The notes below the pieces were generated by a model, which was not told the origin of the DNA, did no database searches, and saw nothing but the letters and a program-made list of their open reading frames with translations. This document shows, in pieces, positions 1 through 13,048 of a DNA stretch of 64,000 bases (its first letter is position 1; every line of letters starts with the position of its first letter). The DNA is taken from assembly GCA_951406725.2 (NCBI GenBank), contig OX597839.1:9548001-9612000 (forward strand). The letters are read 5' to 3'. Source of the stretch: Octopus vulgaris. Its lineage: Eukaryota. A program made the position numbers and the translations under genes.

Positions 1-992
1 TTCCGTCTACGAAATCCATTCACAAGGCTTTGGTTGGCCCAAAGCTATAGTAGAAGACACTTGGCCAAGGTGCCACGCAGTGGGACTGAACCCAGAAACA
101 TGTGGTTGGTAAGCAAGCTACTTACCACACAGCCACTCCTGCACCTATAAGATAAAATTTTTTTTAAAATTACCTTAACTTTAACCTTTTAGTACTTAGA
201 TTATTCTCTCAAACGTAATAAATTCATATTGTTTTGAATTAATCAAGCATTATCTTGTTGCTTTGAGATTTTGATGTTGTGACTGTTTATTTTTAGAATC
301 ACATGGGACAGATAGGAGAGGCCAGATCTGGTCAGTTTGAGCATAAAACATGTGGAATAATTTGTTCGACCGTGGTCGAGACAATGGAATTTACTATGCT
401 ACGCCAGACTTCATGGTCCATCATAGCATTACGGAGGTCCTGGTGTTGGATGCCTGTATCCCTGGAGATTACATCAGGGTAGGAGAGTGTGCGCCCTCTG
501 GTATCGCGAGTAGATGGCTTCTAGAGGAGAAGAGCAGAAATTACCTCGTTTTCAGCTCTACAACAATGTCCCACAAACTGGACTCTTCTACCTTTCCTAC
601 CTTTCCAGCTATAGAAAATCTGCCTCACCAAATTCTGTCTGATCCATGCTAGCATAGGTCAGATGATAAAATAAATGCTGATTATGGAACCAGAATAAAA
701 TTTAGTTGATAGAACTTTCAGCAAAAGTATACTCTGTGACTTCTGAGCTGTTAGTTTCAACTGTAGTATGTGATTGTTTTTATTTTTTTTTAACTATAAT
801 TTAGTCTCTTAGGGTAAAAAGAGGACATAGGTTTTATTTTAAATTGTTTCTATTTTATTTTTTCTTTATGCCAGAATAAGCAAGACATTACCTGTGAGAG
901 GGGACAGTTGTCTTGTGTGATCATAGTAAAATTTAGTTGAGAGAACTTTTTTGGTAAAAGTATAATCTGCAATCTGTTGGTTTCTATTCTAG

Positions 993-1099
993 TATATAAA
1001 TCCGGATGCTAAACAGATGAAACAACTAGAAGAACTAGTCAGCCGAGATCCTTTATCTGAACTTTCAGAACAAGAGATGCTTTTTGTATGGCAACTAAG
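993..1099 (+). CDS. PIK3CA: PI3K p110alpha-like exon (helical domain; first exon visible, gene starts upstream of the window)
   Basis: AG at 991-992, GT at 1100. Encodes YINPDAKQMKQLEELVSRDPLSELSEQEMLFVWQL(R), similar to human [20 protein letters not shown]. 107 nt, ends phase 2. Confidence 0.93.
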
Positions 1100-2278
1100 G
1101 TAAGTCCGGTATCTTGTAACTTTACCTTTCATCCACCCAGAAGTTCATAAATTATGTGCTAATCAGGTCTTGTGTATCAATATAATATTCCTCTTCCCTG
1201 AATTCATGGCTTTGTGCTTGGTTGCGAGCTGGTAGAATTATTAGAGCTCTAGAAAAAAAAATGTTTTATGGTATTTGTTTTGGCTCTTTATATTTTGGGT
1301 TCAAATTTTGCTGAGTTAAAATTTCCTTTTTTGTCCCTTCAAGGTTAATAAAATACAGTAACAGGTAGTTATTGGGTCAATGTTATCAACTAATCCCGCC
1401 ACATAAAATTTCTGGCCATATACCTGTATTAGAAACAATTATGATTTGCAGAATCATTGGAACATCGCCATGCAGTATTCTAGCTCTGGCAGAATCGTCA
1501 GCACGCCAGGCAAAATGCTTAGCAGCATTTCATCTATTTTTAGGATCTGACTTCAAATTCTGCTGAGGCCAACTTTGCCTGTAATCCCTTTGGGGTTAAT
1601 CCTCCAACCAAGCCTTTTGTGATACCCTTAAAGCCAGGAACTTTTCAGCACACCCTCATGTTTATATATATATATATATATGTGACCTCGTGAGCACCGC
1701 CAGCAATTTTTTTTCCTCTGTCTTCCCTTCTCGGGATCTTTCCTTCTCCTTTGTTTCTGACAAAGAGCTCCAATAATACTTTATTTGTTCCACGTCCTCG
1801 CGTTGCTGTTTTTTTTGTGTTTTCTTGTTTGTATTAACTATATATATATATGGGGGCGAGGTGCTGAAAATTCCTGGTTTCGGGTAAAAGAAAATACAGG
1901 AGGATCAGTTAATTATGATTTTATTCAACATGTTCCCTTCTCAGATTCACACACCCATTGCAATGGTTATCAGAAGGTTGGGCCTCCAACCAGGCCTTTT
2001 GTGATACCCTGAAAACCAAGAACTTTTCACCACACCCTTGTATAGTCCCTCCCAAGTACCTTTTAACTAAAATCAACACCATACCTAATCAGTGGAAATG
2101 AATTACTTTCATTTAGCGTCCGCTTTCCATGCTAGCATGGGTTGGACGGTTCAACTGGGGTCTGTGAAGCTGGAAGGCTTCGTCAGGCCCAGTCAGATCT
2201 GGCAGTGTTTCTACGGCTGGATGCCCTTCCTAACGCCAACGAATAATAATAATTATTTATTTGTATCTTTTCTCTTAG

Positions 2279-2360
2279 AAACCATTGTGTACTGCTGCCA
2301 CATTCCTTACCAAAACTGCTGAATTCTGTGAAATGGAATGATAGAAGTGAAGTGGCTGAG
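2279..2360 (+). CDS. PIK3CA: PI3K p110alpha-like exon (helical domain)
   Basis: AG/GT bounded, 82 nt. Encodes NHCVLLPHSLPKLLNSVKWNDRSEVAE; frame continues from the previous exon. Confidence 0.93.
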
Positions 2361-2774
2361 GTGTGTATCAGTATTTCCATCTCTCTACCTTTCTCACTTT
2401 CTGCCTACTTCTTATACTCTTTTTCTCTTTCATTCTGCATCATTTTCTCTCATTTTTCTTTACCACCTTATTTCTCTATCTTTCTCATTTTTATTGTCTG
2501 TCTTTATTTCTCTTTTTTCACCGTCCACCTGGATTACGACACTCTTCCCACTCTCTCCCTATCTCTCTCTCTTTCTCTTCCCACTCTCTCTCTCTCTCTC
2601 CATACTCTTTCTTCTCTCTCTGTCTCTCTACTCCCTCCTTCCTCTTTCCTTCTCCTCCTCTGTCTTTCTTCCTCCTCTCTACCTCCATATTCCACCCACC
2701 ACCCAAATGTGTCTGTGTGTGCCCTTGGTACATAGCTAGATAAAAACATAATCTATTTCCGTTTTTCCACCTAG

Positions 2775-2939
2775 GTTTACCGACTGTTACAAAAATGGCC
2801 AACTCTTTCACCAGAAGATGCTCTAGAGTTACTTGATTGTTCTTATATGGATACGAATATTCGGAACTTTGCTGTAGATTGCTTAGATAAAGGCTTAACT
2901 GATGATAAACTCTCCCAATATCTTTTACAAATTGTTCAG
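2775..2939 (+). CDS. PIK3CA: PI3K p110alpha-like exon (helical domain)
   Basis: 165 nt, ctag/gtaaag. Encodes [55 protein letters not shown]. Confidence 0.95.
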
Positions 2940-4044
2940 GTAAAGTAATTCCAAACTTTTTTATGCTGGTCAGCCACACATTACTCTATAGCACAATAGT
3001 TCTTTCTGATCTGTGCTTTAACAAAGCTGTCACAACTGTTGAACAGTGATGAAAGAGCTCAAGATATTTCCAGATTTAAAACAAGCTTTGAACAAAATAC
3101 TTTGTGGTTATTTGGTTTGACGTTTTGTCTCCAGCTCACATCCCAACTAGGCCGATTGCCTTTCAGCTTTCCAAAGTAAGTTTATCAGCACTGGAGTCGA
3201 TGTTCTTTTGTTCCCTTATTCTTTTAATTGTTTCAGTCATTTCACAGCGGCCATGCTGGAGCACCACCTTTAGTCGAGCAAATCGACCCCAGGACTTTTT
3301 TTTTTTGTAAGCCTAGTAGTACTTATTCTATCGGCCTCTTTTGCTGAACTGCAAAGTTACGGGGATGTAAACACACCAACATCAGTTGTCAAGCAATGGT
3401 GGGGGGGACAAACACAGACACACAAACATATATACACACATATATATATATACATATATACGACGGGCTTCTTTCAGTTTCCGTCTACCAAATCCACTCA
3501 CAAGGCCCTGGGTTATAGCAGAAGACACTTGCCCAAGATGCCACTTTGGTCGGCCCAAGGCTATAGTAAAAGACACTCGCCCAAGGTGCCACACAGTGGA
3601 GCTGAACCTCGAACCATGTGGTTGGGAAGCAAGCTTCTTACCACACAGCCACTCCTGTGATATGACCAATTATATTCATGAAGGCAGAGCAGTCACTCAA
3701 TTCAGTAGAAGAATATACATTCATTCATTCGAAATTAGGGCTTCATTCCGTCTCTGTCCTAAATTCCTCATTTCTGCTTTTCTGCAGTGGACCTGTTTGC
3801 CAGCGCAGAATTGATAGTGGTGCTGGTGCCACATAAAAAGCACTTGTGCCAGTGCCATGGTAAAAAGCACCCAGTACAAGCAATGGAGTGGTTAGCATTA
3901 GGAAGGGCATCTAGCCGTAGAATCCCTTGCCAGAACAGTTAATGGAGCCTGGTGCGTCCCCACTCCGCTTTACCAGCTCCAGCCAAACTGTCCAACCCAT
4001 GTCAGCATGGAAAACATGTTAAATGATGATGATGATGAAATCCT

Positions 4045-4454
4045 GGATCTTTTCGGTTTGAACAGCAGTTTTTTCTAGCGGTGTCATATGAAATTGTCAC
4101 CCATAATTATGACCCTAGTATCGATCTATTGCATTTCAATCTGTTTTAGGGTTAGGGTTAGGGGTGGGGTAGGGTATCTTTTTTCTTCAGAAATGTAAAT
4201 AAACCCAATCTGTTTCTTAAACGAGGGACATATTCATACGGCACAGAATGTTTTTTTTACCTCAATAGACGTCATTGATTGGTTGAAATTGCAGAAATTA
4301 CCAACAACAAATATCTTTCAAACTATAGAATTTTCTCAATAAAGCCAGGAGAAAAAGATGTTTTATAAACACATTCTACCAGTATACGAAGTTTAAAAGT
4401 GTTTAGTTACCTAGAAATTATTTTAAAAAACTGCCGTTGAAACCGAAAAGATCC
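4045..4454 (+). mobile_element. Merlin-like non-autonomous DNA transposon carrying TTAGGG repeats
   Basis: TIRs GGATCTTTTCGGTTTGAAC...; GG...CC termini; 8-bp TSD GAAATCCT at 4037-44 and 4455-62. Confidence 0.75.
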
Positions 4455-6728
4455 GAAATCCTGAGTAGTAATGGAGCAAGGCCTCAACTTCAAATAAACT
4501 TACGAACTTCTGCATGTATTGAGTATTTTTCTTTTCTTTCAATTGATATATAAATACATGTAGTCATCATCATCATCATACATTCATTTTCCATGCATAA
4601 GTTGAACAACTTGTTATGATCAAAGTTAATTACCCTGTTGTGCGTGTAAGCGGAAGTAGGGTATTGGTGTCACTCATCTTTGTCTGTGTGTATTTGCAAA
4701 ATTACGGGAAAGCTGCTGAATGGATTTTCATCAAATTTGGCAGAAACATTCATTTGGTGAGTGGCTTGAACTCATTATTTTGGTTTGATTATTTTCAAAA
4801 CTGGTGGATGGGTGAATCAAAATGTTTCTTCCTTTGTTTACGTTTGCATAAACGATAAGCAGGGGGAAATAACTCTCGATGTCATTTTGTTGAAATATGA
4901 ATTCGGCTGAGAATATATTTATTTAATTAAATTTTATTTTATCCTTGTGTGTGGAGGGTATGCATCTCCCTTCTGATGCCTTTATTTTAATCCTTTAGCA
5001 TTTAAACCAACCAGATCCAGCCCAAATATTATACCTACTTTATGTACAGACTGACCATATTCAGCTTCTCACACCTACCCTACAATGTCATACTAAAAAC
5101 AAACAAGCACATCATCAAAATCTCAACACAAAAAGATAAAGCATGATTAATTCAAAACAATGTGAATAAATAAGCATTACATTTGATAGAACAATCTGAA
5201 TGCTGAGGGTTAAACCTGTGATTCTCAACCATCTTTTTGCCTATGGATCCCTTTGATTCGTGTTTCACTCTATTGGACCTCCATAGCCATTCAATGCATA
5301 TTAAAAAAAAACATCCTACTATATTTTTTATTATTAAATATTAGGAATTATATAAAAAAATTTGTTGAAATATTTTGTGGATTCTAGAAGTATAAGCAAT
5401 TTATTACACATAAATTTTAACAATAAAATCTTTACGGACCCTGGTTGAGAACCACTGGGTTAAACATTTTTGAAAATGTCTAATAAAACGAAAACAGGAC
5501 CCGAGTTATCTCTTGTGCCTGCTGAAATTATTTTAACAGTTTGGCACTTTGTTGGTTATGACGACGAGGGTTACAGTTGATCTGATCAACAGAGCAATTT
5601 GCCCTTAATGTAGTTCTCAGAGAGATTCACTGTGACACATAATGTGACTAGGCTGGTCCTTTGACATGAAGGTCAGAACTCATTTTTGCTAACTGAGTGG
5701 ACTGGGGTAACATTAAATAAAGTGTCTTGCTCAAGGATACAATGCGCAACATGGGAATCAAACTCAGGACCTTAGGATTGCGAGTCAAATACCCTAACCA
5801 CTAAGACATATGCATTCATTATAATATAATTAAATTAAATTAATGTTTTTTACCTTTGTATATAAACATTTCTGTGTAAGTTTTTTTTGGTTTTCTTTAC
5901 ATTAAATATGTTAAGATTCAGGAATATCAAAGTTCAATGATGAACCTTTAGCATACTTCCATGTATGCATATATTTATTTTGTAGTTAATGTCCATATCA
6001 AGTCTTTTAGGACATGATACTGCTGGGAGATGGCTTTTTTTTTTTACCTCAAAGTCCATCACCAATTATCTGAAAGACAACTTCATGCCATTGCTGATAC
6101 ACGTCCTAGTTGTCGTTACATCATCGTTTAACGTCCGCTTTCCATGCTAGTATGGGTTGGACTATTTGACTGAGGACTGGCGAACCAGATGGCTGCACCA
6201 GGCTCCAATCTGATCTGGCTGAGTTTCTACACCTGAATGGCCTTCCTAACGCCAACCACTCTGAGAGAGTAGTGGGTGCTTTTACGTGCCACCGGCATGG
6301 GGGCCAGTCAGGCGGTACTGGCAACGGCCACGCTCAAATGGTGTTTTTTACATGCCACCTGCACAGGAGCCAGTCCAGCGGCACTGGCAACGACCTCACT
6401 CGAAAGTTTTTTCACATGCCACCGGCACAAGTACCAGTAAGGTGATGCTGGTAATGATCACGCTCGAATGGTGCTTTTTAAGTGCCACCGGCACGGAAAC
6501 CAGTTAGGCGCTCTGGCAACAGTCACGCTCGGATGGTGCTTTTAGCGCTCCACTAGCACGGATGCCAGTCATGGCAGTCATAGTTTATTGGTGGATTAAA
6601 TCATCGTTTAGTGTCCACTTTCCATGCTGGCATGGGTTGGACGGTTCAACTGGGGTCTGGGAAGCCAGAAGGCTGCACCAGGCCCAGTCTGATCTGGCAA
6701 TGTTTCTACAGCTGGATGCCCTTCCTAA

Positions 6729-6944
<216 letters not shown>

Positions 6945-7010
6945 TAATATTCTTTTTATTTTTGAGACTATCCTTCTCATGGGAGTTGGTGGATCACAGA
7001 ATTAGCAGAA

Positions 7011-7293
7011 TCTCAATATATATAAACAGCAAAATGTCTGTGTGCGTGTCCTTTATACAAATCCACAATTTTTCAGTTAGAGGGCTCACACTTTCTATGG
7101 TCATCCAAAAGCGTCCAGGGGTGGTCGTGCACATCTTTACATTTCCCCAGTCACCCCGCAAAGCCATTAAAAAATCAATAGAAGTGACTTTTTTGTGAAT
7201 TTTCTATCCAAAACCCAATCAAAATGCCCGAAACTTGATACGCCAATTGAATTCCAGCTAGCTGTATGTGATTGGTCGGAGTCATAGTGCTAG
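7011..7293 (+). mobile_element. Non-autonomous Helitron-like element (family A)
   Basis: A|TC start and CTAG|T end; homologous to 27126-27490. Confidence 0.6.
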
Positions 7294-8537
7294 TATTCAA
7301 TGAAATACCTAGCATTATTGTGTGACATGTAAGGTGGTCAGCGGGCAGAATCATTACCACACCAGGCAGAATGCTTAGCAGTGTTTCATCCATCTTTTCG
7401 TTCTGAGTTCAAATTCTGCTCTGGTTGACTTTGCCTTTCAGGAAATCAGCCAGTGGCCTGATCAAATATCTGTCTGATGAGCTCACAAGAAAACAGTACA
7501 GATACTTGTAAATGCAAGATCTTTCTTTGGTGTGAAATGTGCGACCCAACATAGGTTAGTAGTTTGTGACTTCTAACTTAGATTTAAAAGGACTCAAAGA
7601 AACAAACCAGTCTAGAAAATGAAGATATGGAAGTGGAAAGACCCAGCAAATAGAAATTCAGAGAAATTCTAGTTGAAACGTTAGAGATGTTTTGCGCAGA
7701 AAACGACTGGAAGTTCTCGCAAAGCAACCAAGGGCTACAAACCAAATCTGTCGATGGTGTAAAGTCCTGGCTAGACCAAGGGCAACGTAGGGGTGGAACA
7801 GTAAGATGAATAGAACTATAAAAGTGAAATGTTTGGCTTTGTTACATGGGGAGAATGGAGGCAGCGGAGAATTATATCAGGTAGCCCAGAAGAGAAGCTA
7901 AGTGTTAGACGTGCATTGCAAAGGAAGCAACAGAAAATGAGAAATTTGTCACTGTTGTACAGTGTGAGGATCAGAGGTGTGACGTGTATATACTCTTACT
8001 CTTTTTACTTGTTTCAGTCATTTGACTGTGGCCATGCTGGAGCACCACCTTTTTAGTTGAGCAAATCGACCCCGGAACTTATTCTTTGTAAGCCCAGTAC
8101 TTATTCTATCGGTCTCCTTGCCGAACCGCTAAGTGACGGGGATGTAAACACACCAGCATCGGTTGTCAAGTGATGCTAGGGGGACAAACACAGACACACA
8201 AACATACACACATATATATACATACATATATACGACAGGCTTCTTTCAGTTTCCGTCTACCAAATCCACTCACAAGGCTTTGGTTGGCCCGAGGCTATAG
8301 TAGAAGACACTTGCCCAAGATTCCGCGCAGTGGGACTGAACCCCGAACCATGTGGTTGGTAAGCAAGCTACTTACCACACAGCCACTCCTGCGCCTATTC
8401 ATACTGCGAATGTTCATACTGCATTATAAATATTGAGTGAATGGATCTCATTCAGAGATCCATTTACTTAATGCATTTAATACAATATCATTTATGTAGT
8501 TAGTGCATTAAATCATTTTTAAACCTTATGTTTTCAG

Positions 8538-8700
8538 ATCTGAAATGCACGAAACGTCTATTCGTTTACGGTTTGGCTTAATCTTAGAGGCCTACTGTCG
8601 GGGATGCGGTGCATTTCTGAAAAACCTTTTGAAACAGTTGGAAGCTCTAGACAAGCTAGCAAAGCTTTCTGATAAGTTAAAATCAGAATTCATGCGAGAG
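8538..8700 (+). CDS. PIK3CA: PI3K p110alpha-like exon (start of kinase domain)
   Basis: 163 nt, ttcag/gtaagc. Encodes [54 protein letters not shown]. Confidence 0.95.
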
Positions 8701-8862
8701 GTAAGCATTTTCGGTTAAAACAGCATCCTACCAAAATTTATGTTTTTGTTCCTTTCTCTTTTCTGTTTTTTTTTCTTTTTTCTGTCTTTTTCAATGTTTA
8801 ACTTTTTAATTTTTTACTTGTTTCAGTCATTACACTGCAATCGCATTGGGGCACAGCCTTAA

Positions 8863-9493
8863 CCCTTTAGTGTTTAAACCGGCCATATCAGGCCAAAATT
8901 GTCTTCCTGTTTTATCCTCAAACTAGCCAGCTCTAACCTCTCACACATACCCTACAAAGTCATTCTAAAACTAAACAGGGACATCATCAAAATCTCAGAG
9001 TTACAAGATGCTGTACAATTAATTTAAAACAATGTAATTAAAAGGCTTTACATTTGACAGAGTAATCTGAATGCTAAAGGGTTAACCCTTTAACATTCAA
9101 ACTGGCCATATCCAGCCCCAGTATTCTAGCTGCTCAGAGACACGAACTTTGGATGACAACAGATATAGCTCTGTTATTACCTCCAGTAGGGATTCCAATT
9201 GGGAAGGGTGTAGAGCAAGGAGATAGCATCTCTCCAAAGCTCTTTACCGCATGTCTTGTAATAGAAATCAGAGGCATTGACTGGACAAGTGGTGTGAACA
9301 TCAATGGCAAGCAAATAGCTAGAATACTGGGGCTGGATATGGCGAAACTTCTCACACCGGCCCTGCAATGTTATTTTAAAAGTAAACAAGCACATCATTG
9401 AAATCCCAAAGCTATGAGATAACACACGATTACTTCAAAACAATGTGAACGAATAAACATGACATTTAACTGAGTAATCTGACTGCTAAAGGG
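8863..9493. mobile_element. Two adjacent piggyBac-like MITEs sharing a TTAA (8863-9081 and 9086-9493); related copies at 4991-5209 and 14408-14627
   Basis: TTAA-CCCTTTAG...CTAAAGGG-TTAA termini. Confidence 0.7.
9132..9316 (+). mobile_element. RTE-type reverse transcriptase fragment
   Basis: GIPIGKGVEQGDSISPKLFTACL...GVNING is the RT domain 4-5 motif. Confidence 0.75.
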
Positions 9494-10221
9494 TTCTTTT
9501 TACTCTTTTACTTGTTTCAGTCATTTGACTGGGGCCATGCTGGAGCACCACGTTTAGTCGAGCAAATCAACCCCAGAACTTATTCTTTGTAAGCCTAGTA
9601 CTTATTTTATCGGTCTCTTTTGCCGAACTGCTAAGTTACAGGGACATAAACACACCAGCATCGGTTGTCAAGTGATGTTGGGGGGACAAACACAGACACA
9701 CAAACACACATACATATGCATATACATATATACGACGGGCTTCATTCAGTTTCCGTCTATCAAATCCACTCGAAGAACTGTACCTTTTAAAGAACTTAGA
9801 GCTTCCAATGACCCTCTTTACTCTTTTACTTGTTTCAGTCATTTGACTGGGGCCATGCTGGAGCACCACCTTTAATTGAGCAAATCGACCCCCAGCACTT
9901 GTTTTTTGTAAGCCTAGTACTTATTTTATTGGTCTCTTTTGCCGAACTGCTAAGCGACGGGGACATAAACACACCAGCATCGGTTGTCAAGCGATGTTGG
10001 GGGGACAAACGCAGACACACAAACACACACACACACATACATATGCATATACATATATACGACAGGCTTCTTTCAGTTTCCGTCTACCAAATCCACTCAC
10101 AAGGCTTTGGTCGGCCCGAGGCTATAGTAGAAGACACTTGCCCAAGGTGTCACGCAGTGCGAATGAACCTGGAACCATGTGGTTGGTAAGCAAGCTACTT
10201 AGCATACAGCCACTCCTGCGC

Positions 10222-10972
10222 AGGTGGAGAGTATCAGTGAAATTTATCCCACAGGTGCTGTTGGAACAGCAGAAGCATGAGGCGCAATGGCCCAGTGGTT
10301 AGGGCAGTGGACTCGCAGTTGGAGGATCACGGTTTCGATTCCCAGACCAGGCATTGTGTGTGTTTATTGAGCGAAAACACTTAAGGCTCCATGAGGCTCC
10401 AGCAGGGGGGCGTGGCGACCCCTGTTGTACTCTTTCGCTCCAACTTTCTCTCACTTTTTCTTCCTGTTTCTTGTCCCCGACTTCTTACACAACCACTGAG
10501 CCTGGATGCGCATTCAGCCATCCGTTGATGGTGTTGGGGGTTGACCTGCTTTCTCTTCTGCGAATAGAAAGGACCATGTTTTGGACTTCTCCCACTACAG
10601 ACTGGGACGAAGACCGCTTCGCTCAACAAACAAACAGCAGAAGCAAGTCCGTGTGGTAATCATTTGGGACATTCTGGACTGTGCAAACCACAACCCAGAC
10701 TTCATGAAGACCATCAACACTGGTGATGAGACATGGGTTTATGGTCTCTGCTCGATGTGTTCAGTCATCTTACATGAAAACAAGAATGCTACGAGTTAAC
10801 ACTACAATATCTGCATTCTAGGCATAACAGGTGGGAACTGACATTGCCTACCATCATGAAAATTTTCACACATGCGCAGGAAGGTTGGTGTCACTTCCCA
10901 CCCAAAGTATTATTTTTATGCAGTGTTAGTCTTGGCAAGTAAAAATAGTCAGATAACTTTTGAACACACCTC
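10222..10972 (+). mobile_element. Mariner relic split by a SINE
   Basis: RVSVKFIPQVLLEQQK at about 10229-10276 and DFMKTINTGDETWVYG at about 10698-10745; TIR-like end AACTTTTGAACACACCTC. Confidence 0.7.
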
Positions 10973-11538
10973 CGGTCTGGAACCCCTATCTTGCCCAGGG
11001 TATTAATCGTCTGGAAGCCATTCAGCGATGTGCAACCAAGAGAATATCCTCCATCAGGCATTTGCCATATTCTAAATGCCTTACATGGACACATTGAAAC
11101 TCCGACGTCTGGCAGCTGACTTGGCAGACACCCTTAAAATTATTAACCATCTTACAAACAATAACTCTGAGCACCTTTTCTCAAACTCCCCCTGTCTTAC
11201 ACCCGTGGACATGTTTACAAAGTCAGAAAACCGCACTGCTCCCATGACTTTCGGAAACATTTTTTCACGCTAAGAATTGCTGAAGCATGGAACAGACTGC
11301 TGGCATCAGTTGTTAGTTGTCGGAGCACTGCATCCTTCAAAACTTCCATGCTTCCTGACATTCGCCAACACTACACCTGATTTTCTCCTCTCCATACACA
11401 CGCAAGCATGTATCTGACTCATACACTGTTCGCTTTCCAGACATTTGTACATTACTGCATATACTTTATACGCACTTTTTGACAACTTGTGGTGCACCTG
11501 AGCACTGTATACAATAATTTTATTATTATTATTATTTA
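10973..11538 (+). mobile_element. CR1/L2-clade LINE 3' fragment; related 3' ends at about 22925-23235 (-) and 61220-61340 (-)
   Basis: Degenerate VWNPYL..INRLEAIQRCATKRI and TLKLRRLAADL RT C-terminal motifs; (TAT)n tail. Confidence 0.7.
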
Positions 11539-11560
11539 TATGGTTTTAGCAAACTATTTC

Positions 11561-11794
11561 AAGGCGGCGAGCTGGCAAAAACGTTAGCACGCCGGGCGAA
11601 ATGCTTAGCAGTATTTCGTCTGCCGTTACGTTCTGAGTTCAAATTCCGCCGAGGTTGACTTTGCCTTTCATCCTTTCGGGGTCGATAAATTAAGTACCAG
11701 TTACGCACTGGGGTCGATGTAATCGACTTAGTACTTATGTCTGTCCTTGTTTGTCCCCTCTGTGTTTAGTCCCTTGTGGGTAATAAATAAAGAT
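11561..11794 (+). mobile_element. tRNA-derived SINE family 2 (Meta-domain-like core). Others at approx. 34755-35160, 53726-53960 (-), 55455-55665 (-), 61345-61570 (-)
   Basis: B box GAGTTCAAATTCC; core GCCTTTCATCCTTTCGGGGTCGATAAATTAAGTACC. Confidence 0.75.
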
Positions 11795-11920
11795 ATAGCT
11801 GATCGATTAGATAAACATTCATGGTTTTTAAACCTGGTGAAGGATAGGCTGACTATGTTACTATTTGTTTTTCCTTAGACATCCATGTTGCTGTGAATTT
11901 CTTGTATTATTTCATTTCAG

Positions 11921-12030
11921 GATGAACAGAAACGATTTCTCACAGACCAGCTTTCCCAAGCTGACTACTTGGAAGCCCTACAGCGTTTTACATCCCCTCT
12001 AAACAGCAGTCACATGTTAGGTGACATCCT
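11921..12030 (+). CDS. PIK3CA: PI3K p110alpha-like exon
   Basis: 110 nt, ttcag/gtaagt. Encodes DEQKRFLTDQLSQADYLEALQRFTSPLNSSHMLGDI(L). Confidence 0.93.
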
Positions 12031-12924
12031 GTAAGTACCACAACTCTGCTACAATTACAACAATCTTTGTCTCTGGAAATTTTCTGTCTTTATTATCATG
12101 TGTGTGCAGTCATCATCACTTTAAGTCTGTTTTCCATGCTGGCATGAGTAAGACAGTTTGAAAAGCTTTAACAACAGGTTGGGGGGCCATATTCTGTCAC
12201 AGGAATTTTTTTTTTTTTTTATTTTCTATGGTTTCACCAACTATTTTACAGAGTGCATTGGGTACATTTTTCATGGCCCCAGTTGTTAGAGCAAGGCTAA
12301 AGAGCCCTCTCAAAATCAGGCATTGTTTCTGCTTGAACCAAAATACCAATCACTTCCAGAGCATAATGCACGATTAATTCAAAACAATGTGAATAAGCAA
12401 ACATTATATTTGACAGAGTAAAGACAGCAAGCTGGTAGAATCATTATCTGGCTGGGTATTTTGTCCATCTTTACATTCTGAATTCAAATTCCACCATGGT
12501 TGACTTAGCCTTTTATCCTTCCATGGGTTGATAAAATAAACAACAGTCTATCACTGGGGTCAATGTAATTTACTTGCCCCTACCTCCAAAATTGCTGGCT
12601 TTGTGCCAAAATTTGAAATCATATTTGACAGAGTAATCTGAATACTGAAGAGTAAAGAGAAAATTTGAGGACAAAGGAGGGGCTGCCTTCTCGTATGCTT
12701 AACAAAAGGGTGAGGCTGGCAAGATTGGTGAGGTTAAATAAACCTAGCCTGAACATGCTTTTCTAAATAGGAGGAAATAAACAAAGAGAAGGCACTTTTG
12801 ATGATTTGGTAAAGTAATCCAACCCTTTGTGAATTTTCCTCAAATTATTCTTGGTGGCATTTCACAGGTTTTGGGGAATTTTCTTTGTTAAATATTTATT
12901 CTAGTATCTATGCCATGTGCCCAC

Positions 12925-12995
12925 GGGCATATGGCCTAGTGGTTAAGAGCGTGGGCTACTAACTCCAAGATTCCAAGTTCAATTCCAGGCAGTGG

Positions 12996-13048
<53 letters not shown>

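Noticed and set aside
2328-2979. Overlapping 126-153 aa ORFs
   Set aside because: They arise from a CT-rich intronic tract and the antisense of real exons. Only 2279-2360 and 2775-2939 are coding.
3386-3814. Recurrent peptide ASFSFRLPNPLTRLW in many ORFs
   Set aside because: It is a translation of SINE family 1, not a gene family.
4145-4175. Telomere or chromosome-fusion relic (TTAGGG)
   Set aside because: Only 2-3 units, always at the same position inside a TSD-flanked MITE.
10279-10350. Possible tRNA gene (also 12925-12995 and 13638-13710)
   Set aside because: The tRNA-like heads run into SINE bodies, the cloverleafs are imperfect and there is no proper terminator. Called as SINEs.
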